This document shows positions 17,867-24,773 of a stretch of DNA of 27,605 nucleotides, in pieces. The notes beneath the pieces are model-generated. The model ran no database searches and was not told the DNA's origin. It saw only the letters and a program-made list of their open reading frames with translations. Origin of the DNA: a virus (lineage: Duplodnaviria > Caudoviricetes); the IMG/VR virus record IMGVR_UViG_3300032360_000041, positions 1-27,605 of that record; one strand, given 5' to 3'. Each line of letters starts with the position of its first letter. The stretch's first letter is position 1. A program made the position numbers and the translations under genes.

Positions 17867-18559
17867 ATGGCAGCAATTGTTGTTAACACCACAGATACTT
17901 TTGAGCAATGGCGAGTAAAAACAAATCAGCTTGGTCTGGATGTTTTTGATGCTGTTAGAAATGTGCATGAGGATCTAACACCTTCACTTGGTGGTGATTT
18001 ATATTTAAATAATACTGAAACAGGTTATACGGGTAGTTTTGATATTCTTGGAACAGGGAATATTAATATTACAGGTAATATTACCTGTACTGGTGATATT
18101 GCAGGTGCTGATATTGCGGGTGCTGATTTAACAATGACAGGTGGTATTAGTGGTGCTAATTTTTCTGTTAGTTCTGCTAATGGTAATGTTACGGGTAGTA
18201 ATTGGTCAGTTGATGGTGCTACTGGTGATATGACTATTACCGGTAGTTATATTGGTACTACATTTAGCGGTGATTTAAATGGTACAATTAATACTGCTAC
18301 AACTGCTATCACACAGGCCGCTGCTGTTAATAATACAACGGTGGCAACGACAGAATATGTCACTACAGGGATTCAAAACGCTCATGGCGTTAATCTTACA
18401 ATTGATACATTAGCTGATACTGTAATATCAAATCCACAAGAACAGGACTTGTTAATGTATGATAGTGCCAATGCAAAATGGGCAAGTGGATCAATTGTTG
18501 CTGCTGGTGTTCCTAATCAAGCGTTTACAGTAGCGATGGCAGTTGCACTTGGATATTAA
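17867..18559 (+). CDS. Fibre/stem protein with N-terminal TDTFEQWRVKTN anchor and C-terminal AMAVALG motif
   Basis: Gly/Thr-rich beta-repeat shaft; VATTEYV and DLLMYD...KW fibre modules. Confidence 0.7.
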   Translation: MAAIVVNTTDTFEQWRVKTNQLGLDVFDAVRNVHEDLTPSLGGDLYLNNTETGYTGSFDILGTGNINITGNITCTGDIAGADIAGADLTMTGGISGANFSVSSANGNVTGSNWSVDGATGDMTITGSYIGTTFSGDLNGTINTATTAITQAAAVNNTTVATTEYVTTGIQNAHGVNLTIDTLADTVISNPQEQDLLMYDSANAKWASGSIVAAGVPNQAFTVAMAVALGY

Positions 18560-18560
18560 T

Positions 18561-18568
18561 TATAAATA
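18561..18568 (+). promoter_or_regulatory. T4-type late promoter
   Basis: Intergenic TATAAATA, then an AAGGA SD and ATG 18596. Confidence 0.8.
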
Positions 18569-18595
18569 TTCGTAACATAATATAAGGATAACGTA

Positions 18596-18919
18596 ATGGC
18601 TAACGATTTTAAAAATGCTCACGAACAAGGTATAACAACCATCAGGGATATTTATGAAGCTCCTGCAGGAAAGACTACTCTCCTTTTGGAACTAGATGTT
18701 GCGAATGTAATAACTTCCATTGTTTCAGTAACAGTAACCGTAACTGATGCATCAAATTCTGATACATCAACTTATTTAGTTAAGAAAGCCCCTTTACCGA
18801 CTGGTGGTACTTTGCAGGTAGTTTCAGGACAGAAAGTTATATTAGAAGCAGGAGATAAAGTACAAGTAACGGCAACAGGGACATGTGATGTTGTTGCTGC
18901 TGTTTTGGAAGATGTTTAA
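18596..18919 (+). CDS. Small beta-sandwich adaptor-like structural protein (MANxFK type), copy 1
   Basis: Paralogous to 22796..23131: VAN, P.G..L, K..LE..D, D...LE. Confidence 0.7.
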   Translation: MANDFKNAHEQGITTIRDIYEAPAGKTTLLLELDVANVITSIVSVTVTVTDASNSDTSTYLVKKAPLPTGGTLQVVSGQKVILEAGDKVQVTATGTCDVVAAVLEDV

Positions 18920-18938
18920 TTTATAAAGGAAATAATAT

Positions 18939-19529
18939 ATGCCTTATTTAGGAACAGCACCAACACCGTTTGCTTCAGCAGAAACTTTTGAAGATATTTT
19001 TCCTGTTACGGCTCCACAGAATGTATTTACTCTAAGTAAAAATGTTACAAGCGAATCAGATATTATTGTTTCAATCAATGGAGTTATACAACATGGTCCT
19101 GCTCATATCTTATCGGGGGAAGGAAATAAAACACTTACACTTGATAATAATTTAATTGCTAATGATGAACTTAGAGTTTTACATTTAGGGTTTAAAGCTG
19201 TTAGTATTAATACAGGTGCACCTGATGATCTTTCTGTAACGACACAAAAAATAACAGCCAATGCTGTTGAAACTTTACAAATAGCAGATGATGCTGTAAC
19301 AGGACCTAAGATTGATGATGGTGCTATTTCTGCCAATCATATTAACTCCTCGTTATCCCTTGCAGGGCCTTCTCATGGATCAAATAGCATCATCAGAACG
19401 AACGCAAAAAATATTTCAGAAAATATAATATTTGATGAAAATACAAATGGAATGACGGTTGGTCCTATTACAATTGATCCAACATATTATGTAACAGTTT
19501 CTAGTGGTAGCACTTGGACTATTATTTAA
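18939..19529 (+). CDS. Fibre/adaptor protein (MPYLG N-terminus)
   Basis: VSINGVIQ small beta domain, decapeptide repeats, C-terminal GPITI...VTV..GSTWTII module. Confidence 0.7.
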   Translation: MPYLGTAPTPFASAETFEDIFPVTAPQNVFTLSKNVTSESDIIVSINGVIQHGPAHILSGEGNKTLTLDNNLIANDELRVLHLGFKAVSINTGAPDDLSVTTQKITANAVETLQIADDAVTGPKIDDGAISANHINSSLSLAGPSHGSNSIIRTNAKNISENIIFDENTNGMTVGPITIDPTYYVTVSSGSTWTII

Positions 19530-19542
19530 AAGGAAATAAAAA

Positions 19543-20517
19543 ATGGCTTCAGTTTTAAAAGTAGATCGAATAGAAACACCTAGTGGTACTGGTAATATAT
19601 CATTGGCACAACCTCTAAGTGGTGACGGTAGTCAATTAACAGGAATTACAGCTGGTACTCCTGCTGATGATTCAATAACAGGAGCTAAAATTGATCTTTC
19701 ATTAGTAGGAGGTGATATTATGTATGCTAGTGCTCCTGATACATTAGAAAGACTACCGAAGGGAACTGATGGAGAATTATTAACACTTGCAAGTGGAGTC
19801 CCATCATGGGTAGCAGGATCAACTCCTGCTGATGATTCAATAACAGGAGCTAAAATTGATCTTTCATTAGTAGCAGGTGATATTATTTATTCTGATGCTA
19901 CAGATTCAATTGAACGATTACCAAAAGGAACTGATGGAGAAGTATTAACACTTGCTAGTGGAGTACCATCTTGGGCGTCCGCTGGCGGCGGTGGTAGTGG
20001 TGCTTGGGAATATGTAGAAAAAGTTATTCCAACTACAGCAATTTCTATTTTAGTACTTCAACAAAATATGACAGTTGGATATGATTATTTAGTGACATGG
20101 GAAAGGATACGTCATCAATCTGATACTATGCTTACTTGTCATTTAATGAATGGATCAGGAACTCCAGTACAAGTTTCCTCAGGTAATTTAGGTATATCAC
20201 ATTATGTAGGACAAGCGTCTTATCATGACTATGCAGTTCAAGCAACCGATGAATTCCACGTATCAAGAGTAAACGCTAGTGGTGGTGGGTCTGCTGAAGA
20301 TCAATGGTGGGGTTCAATGATGTTAATCAATCCGGGTGCCGCTTTAGAAACTTCTGGTTGGTTTGAAGGTGGAATGCGAAACGCACAATATATATTTAGT
20401 ACATCAGGACATTGGATAAACGATACTGCTGAAGCAATAACTGGTCTCACTTTTGGTGGTTACGGTGCTATGACTGCACAAGGAGAGTTTATTTCTTATA
20501 GGAGGAAAAGATCATAA
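19543..20517 (+). CDS. Short fibre / receptor-binding protein A
   Basis: MASVLKVDRI leader, duplicated 55-aa shaft module, C-terminal head paralogous to 20894..21781; chaperone gene downstream. Confidence 0.75.
   Translation: MASVLKVDRIETPSGTGNISLAQPLSGDGSQLTGITAGTPADDSITGAKIDLSLVGGDIMYASAPDTLERLPKGTDGELLTLASGVPSWVAGSTPADDSITGAKIDLSLVAGDIIYSDATDSIERLPKGTDGEVLTLASGVPSWASAGGGGSGAWEYVEKVIPTTAISILVLQQNMTVGYDYLVTWERIRHQSDTMLTCHLMNGSGTPVQVSSGNLGISHYVGQASYHDYAVQATDEFHVSRVNASGGGSAEDQWWGSMMLINPGAALETSGWFEGGMRNAQYIFSTSGHWINDTAEAITGLTFGGYGAMTAQGEFISYRRKRS
19657..19975 (+). repeat. 165-nt in-frame tandem duplication
   Basis: Copies start at 19657 and 19822. The first 52 nt are identical and the remainder has diverged (TPADDSITGAKIDLSLV.GDI.Y...LPKGTDGE.LTLASGVPSW). 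Confidence 0.9.
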
Positions 20518-20882
20518 TGTTTATTAATCCAGAAGATGCAGTAGGACATTATAATCAAGTTGTAATTTATGCTAATCCAGATGCTCCTGCAGGAGAGAAG
20601 GTTCAAGCTGTAGATGAAGCTACTGGAGAAATATTATACAAAGCAGTTCCATGTACTCAGGCAGAGAAAGATAAAGTACAGGGATGGAAAGATGAAGCTC
20701 CTGCAAGAGATATGACAAGAATTAGAGAACATAGAAATGGTTTGTTAATAGAAACAGATTGGATGGCAAATTCAGATGTAACAATGTCCGATGAATGGAA
20801 AACCTATCGACAAGAATTAAGAGATATACCGGCAAGTAATACAGTTTATGAAGATGTAACTTGGCCACCTAAACCAGAGTAA
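20517..20882 (+). CDS. Phage tail fibre assembly chaperone
   Basis: IREHRNGLLIETDW...WKTYRQELRDIP...WPPKPE signature; TAATG-coupled to the fibre gene. Confidence 0.85.
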   Translation: MFINPEDAVGHYNQVVIYANPDAPAGEKVQAVDEATGEILYKAVPCTQAEKDKVQGWKDEAPARDMTRIREHRNGLLIETDWMANSDVTMSDEWKTYRQELRDIPASNTVYEDVTWPPKPE

Positions 20883-20893
20883 GGAGATAAGAA

Positions 20894-21781
20894 ATGGCAG
20901 TGACTATCAACGGAGATGGCACAGTAACAGGTGCTACTTTAAATTGGATAAACCTAGGCACCGATTCAATTGAAGAGGATGATATTGGAACAGATGCGGT
21001 TACTGCTACCGAACTAAAGGATAGTGCTGTTGTTACGTCAAAGCTAGCCGATAGTGCAGTTACGGGTACAAAATTAGGTGTTGGTGGTTCAGTAGTTAAA
21101 GGGGATGTTTTTTATGCTAGTGGGGAAGGTACATTGGCAAAACTACCGAAGGGTACTGAAGGACAAGTATTAACAATGGGTGTTGAAAACATTCCACAAT
21201 GGTCTACTCCTGCTGCTGATATTGGTCAATGGTCATGGGTTGAAACTTATGCTACAACAGGTAATGAGGTAGGAAAATATATTTATATGCTTCAAAATAA
21301 TGTTGAACTAGGATATGATTATATGCTTACATGGAGAGATATTCGACAAGGTAGTGACCAGCATCTTAAGATGTGTGTTATGACAGGAACTACTCCTGCT
21401 GCACTTACTTCTTCCTATACTGGAACAACTCATTTTGCATACAATACATCTCATACAGCTATTCGTGAAATTACATCTTATATAAGTTTATCACATACTA
21501 ATACATTTACAGGTGCTGATGCAGGAGATGCTCATTTTGGAGAGTTCACTTTTCTTGAGCCTGCAAGACCATATCAAAAAGCAATGTTTGGTTTGAGTGG
21601 GCAACGTAATGTAAATATGGGGGAAGTCTATACTGCTCATCAGCATTGTTGGAGTACAAATGTAGAACCAATGACAGGAATACGTATTGGTGATGGTTCT
21701 TATGACTTTAGGGCGCCTGAGGAGAATCAAGGTGGTACAAACAGTCCAAAATTTATTATCTATCGTAGAAAAATTAGTTAA
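20894..21781 (+). CDS. Short fibre / receptor-binding protein B (paralog of A)
   Basis: Shares the GD.FYA...LPKGT.G.VLT module and the W..VE..LQ.N..GYDY..TW..IR..SD...YRRK.S head. Confidence 0.75.
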   Translation: MAVTINGDGTVTGATLNWINLGTDSIEEDDIGTDAVTATELKDSAVVTSKLADSAVTGTKLGVGGSVVKGDVFYASGEGTLAKLPKGTEGQVLTMGVENIPQWSTPAADIGQWSWVETYATTGNEVGKYIYMLQNNVELGYDYMLTWRDIRQGSDQHLKMCVMTGTTPAALTSSYTGTTHFAYNTSHTAIREITSYISLSHTNTFTGADAGDAHFGEFTFLEPARPYQKAMFGLSGQRNVNMGEVYTAHQHCWSTNVEPMTGIRIGDGSYDFRAPEENQGGTNSPKFIIYRRKIS

Positions 21782-21789
21782 TTAAACAG

Positions 21790-21797
21790 TATAAATA
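21790..21797 (+). promoter_or_regulatory. T4-type late promoter
   Basis: Intergenic TATAAATA, then a GGAG SD and ATG 21825. Confidence 0.8.
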
Positions 21798-21824
21798 TAA
21801 GAAAGAAATCTTGGAGATAAAAGA

Positions 21825-22358
21825 ATGCCACAAATAGATTTAGATGGACTCAATTCACGATTATATATTAACGAATTGCGTAGCCAATCTACTTCAACTA
21901 TTGTAGTACCAAGTTCTACAACTTTAACTGTAGATACTTTAGCACTTACTAAGTTAGAAGGTAATGTTACTGTAGCTGCAGGTAATAGTATAACTGTTGC
22001 AGATACTTCTGGATTCTCTATTGGAGGAGATGAAATTAAACCTGGCGGTGTGAAAACATGGGAAAATAAATCTGCCACATTTACAGCAGTGGCAGGACAG
22101 TCATATATAATAGATACAACTGCTGCTGCATTTGATGTGACAATGCCTGCGGCGCCAAATTATGGAGATACGGTTAATTTTTTAGATGCAACTGGAAATT
22201 TTGGAACAAATGCAATAACACTTTTAGGTAATGGGGAAAAAATTATGAGAGTTGCTGGACAAGATTTAGCAGTTGATGAAGATGATACTTATATAGAAAT
22301 GGTTTATAGTGGTGGAACAAATGGATGGTTAGTAGCCGGTACGAATTTAGTATTATAA
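21825..22358 (+). CDS. Fibre connector protein with gp9/gp10-like C-terminal domain
   Basis: W...SATFTAVAGQSYIIDTT...VTMPAAP..GDTVNFLD..GNF.TN..T..GNGEKI...YSG..NGWLV. Confidence 0.65.
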   Translation: MPQIDLDGLNSRLYINELRSQSTSTIVVPSSTTLTVDTLALTKLEGNVTVAAGNSITVADTSGFSIGGDEIKPGGVKTWENKSATFTAVAGQSYIIDTTAAAFDVTMPAAPNYGDTVNFLDATGNFGTNAITLLGNGEKIMRVAGQDLAVDEDDTYIEMVYSGGTNGWLVAGTNLVL

Positions 22359-22372
22359 AAAGGAAAAATTAA

Positions 22373-22774
22373 ATGGCATATATTGGTCGAGGAATACAAT
22401 GGGGTGAATTTGCGAAACAGCGAATTGGAATAGCTGGTGGCACTGCACCTCTTTTTGATGGTTCAGAAATAGGTCCTTGGACATTAGATTTTACATCAAA
22501 TGAAAACAGTTTGTTGGTTGTACTTGATGGACAAATTCAAGAACCTAATATTGATTTTACTTGTCCAATAGGAAGTGATGAATTTAGGTTTACAGTTGCA
22601 CCGGCAGCAGGTAAAGTATGTTATATAATTTTTCTTGGACAAGAATTAACTAGTATGTCTAATCCGACAATGGCGGATGTACAGTCAGCAATTGACATAT
22701 CAGAAGCAAACATAACCGCGTCAACAGTTGATGAAGCTGTAGCATATTCAATAGCATTAGGTGCATCATACTAG
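22373..22774 (+). CDS. Fibre/adaptor protein (MAYIG N-terminus, AYSIALG C-terminus)
   Basis: LLVVLDGQIQEP..DF...F..AP..G small beta domain like that in 18939 and 24774. Confidence 0.7.
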   Translation: MAYIGRGIQWGEFAKQRIGIAGGTAPLFDGSEIGPWTLDFTSNENSLLVVLDGQIQEPNIDFTCPIGSDEFRFTVAPAAGKVCYIIFLGQELTSMSNPTMADVQSAIDISEANITASTVDEAVAYSIALGASY

Positions 22775-22795
22775 ATAATAAAGGAGAAATAATTA

Positions 22796-23131
22796 ATGGC
22801 AAACACATTTAAATTAAAAACGGTTTCAGGAGCTGCTACACCTGCAGGAACTGCAATAACTCTGTTGACGGCAACAACAAGAACTGTACTTATTGGTCTT
22901 TCAGTAGCAAATCTTATTTCAAATAGTATTACTATTCATATACAAATGGAAAGTAGTACTGTAGGAAACACACCTTCTGTTTATATTGGAAAAAATTTAC
23001 CAGTACCTTCGGGTAGTGCATTAAATGCTCTAACGGGAAAAATTGTTATGGAAGTTAATGATGTTTTAAAAATAACAGCTAGTTCTGATAATGCAGTCGA
23101 TCTTACTCTTAGTCATATGGAGATTACCTGA
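22796..23131 (+). CDS. Small beta-sandwich adaptor-like structural protein (MANxFK type), copy 2
   Basis: Paralog of 18596..18919; AGGAG SD. Confidence 0.7.
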   Translation: MANTFKLKTVSGAATPAGTAITLLTATTRTVLIGLSVANLISNSITIHIQMESSTVGNTPSVYIGKNLPVPSGSALNALTGKIVMEVNDVLKITASSDNAVDLTLSHMEIT

Positions 23132-24468
23132 TGGCGTTGGACAAATTAGATATTGCAATGCTTGAAGATGTTGGGACTAGTGCTAATCAACTAGTAAAAC
23201 TAGATGGTGATGCAAAATTACCCGCAATAGATGCAAGCAATTTAACCAACCTTAATACTGCTGAACTTACTGGTGGGTTTCCAGCTGCTGATGCATCTGC
23301 ATTTACTAATCTCACAGCAGAAAATCTTAATGGTACTATACCGGATGCTGTTTTTCCTACAATCTTACCTGCACGTAATGCACAAGCATTAACAAATCTT
23401 AACGCAGCTAATCTTAGTGGAACTATGCCATCTACTGTTACCTTGCAGGGCAGTGGTGCCTTAATTACTGGTGTAGTTGCTGGTAATATTGTTGGTAATA
23501 TGCCTGCCCTTGATGGAAATGCTTTAACAAATCTTAATGCAGATAATCTTGGAACAGGAACATTACCAGATGCAAGATTTCCAGCAACGTTGCCTATTCT
23601 TAATGGAAGTAATCTCACTAACGTACCTGCATTGCTTGTTGGTGATGGTTCTGCATTAACACTTTTAAATGGGAGTGCAATTGCAACAGGTACCGTAGAT
23701 AGTGCTAGATTAGATACTGGAGTAACAGCAGGTAACGTAATAATGGTTGCGGCGGGAGACAAATTACCACAAATTGATGGAAGTGATTTAATTAATGTAC
23801 CCGCATTACTTATTGGTGACGGTAGTGGACTGACTCTTTTAGATGCGGATGAAATTGCATCAGGTACTCTTGATGGGGCTAGATTCCCTGCAACCTTACC
23901 TGTTGCTGATGGAAGTGCCTTAACTAATTTAACTGCTACTAATTTGTCTGGATCAATACCATTATCAAACTTAGTTGTTAAACAAGTTATCAGTTATACT
24001 AAAGTAAATGGATGGTCTACTTCTTCAGATACTTTTGTAGATGTACCTGATATGGAAATAAGTGTTACTACTACACAGATTAATAGTAGACTTCTTATTT
24101 TTGGACATCTTGCTTTAAGTGCTACTTCAAATTATAGTTGGGGTGGTTGGCATATTAGATTAACAAGAGATGGTACTGTATTAAAGGTTGGAACTGATAC
24201 TGTAGGTGGAAATGATGAACAAGGTGCTATGGGTGGTCTTACGAGAAGTGATCCACTTCATGCAACGCATCCTGCGCCATTCCATGAGATTGATGTACCG
24301 TCTGCTGCTTCTGGTACTACATTAGTTTATAAAGTACAATTAGCTGCAACTCATTTATTTACAGGTTCAACTTGTACTGTTCATGTTAATAAATCAGCAA
24401 CACCGGGTGCTGCAAATGGTTCTGGTGTTGGTGTATCTACCATTACAATTTTGGAGGTAGCAGCATAA
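23131..24468 (+). CDS. Tail fibre with ~19-21-aa LPA.DGS.LTNL shaft repeats and C-terminal head
   Basis: About 12 shaft repeats (23218-23961); head ends YKVQ...STITILEVAA. Confidence 0.8.
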   Translation: MALDKLDIAMLEDVGTSANQLVKLDGDAKLPAIDASNLTNLNTAELTGGFPAADASAFTNLTAENLNGTIPDAVFPTILPARNAQALTNLNAANLSGTMPSTVTLQGSGALITGVVAGNIVGNMPALDGNALTNLNADNLGTGTLPDARFPATLPILNGSNLTNVPALLVGDGSALTLLNGSAIATGTVDSARLDTGVTAGNVIMVAAGDKLPQIDGSDLINVPALLIGDGSGLTLLDADEIASGTLDGARFPATLPVADGSALTNLTATNLSGSIPLSNLVVKQVISYTKVNGWSTSSDTFVDVPDMEISVTTTQINSRLLIFGHLALSATSNYSWGGWHIRLTRDGTVLKVGTDTVGGNDEQGAMGGLTRSDPLHATHPAPFHEIDVPSAASGTTLVYKVQLAATHLFTGSTCTVHVNKSATPGAANGSGVGVSTITILEVAA

Positions 24469-24773
24469 TGAGAGATCAAGCTATTAGAAATGCATATCCC
24501 GATGTTGTAACTATTGATAATGATACTGTAGCATATGATAAAGATGGTAATACAGTAACTTTAGATGAAGATAAAATTACAACAGAAATAGATAAATTAC
24601 AAACTGCATATGATGATGCTGCATATCAAAGAAAAAGAATTTATGAATATCCAAGAGTTGAAGAACAATTAGATATGTTATGGCATGCGATGGATGATGG
24701 TACTTTAACAAAAGTAGACGCTTTTTATGATGCAAATAAAGCCGTAAAAGATAAATATCCAAAGGGAAATTAA
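24468..24773 (+). CDS. Putative tail fibre assembly chaperone
   Basis: YQRKR..EYP..EEQLDML.H...AVKDKYPK motif; TAATG-coupled to the fibre gene. Confidence 0.7.
   Translation: MRDQAIRNAYPDVVTIDNDTVAYDKDGNTVTLDEDKITTEIDKLQTAYDDAAYQRKRIYEYPRVEEQLDMLWHAMDDGTLTKVDAFYDANKAVKDKYPKGN

Noticed and set aside
19657-19975. 165-nt repeat as a DGR template/variable repeat pair
   Set aside because: Both copies are in frame within a shaft region, and the differences are not adenine-specific (e.g. GGA/GCA, ATG/ATT, GCT/TCT).
23187-23762. 191-aa antisense ORF and other antisense ORFs over structural genes (e.g. 15110-15397, 17522-17968, 21782-22078, 25892-26194)
   Set aside because: Antisense shadows of repetitive coding sequence with no motifs or expression signals.
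19543-24773. Invertible tail-fibre shufflon
   Set aside because: All tip genes are complete and on one strand; no recombinase or inverted crossover sites were seen.
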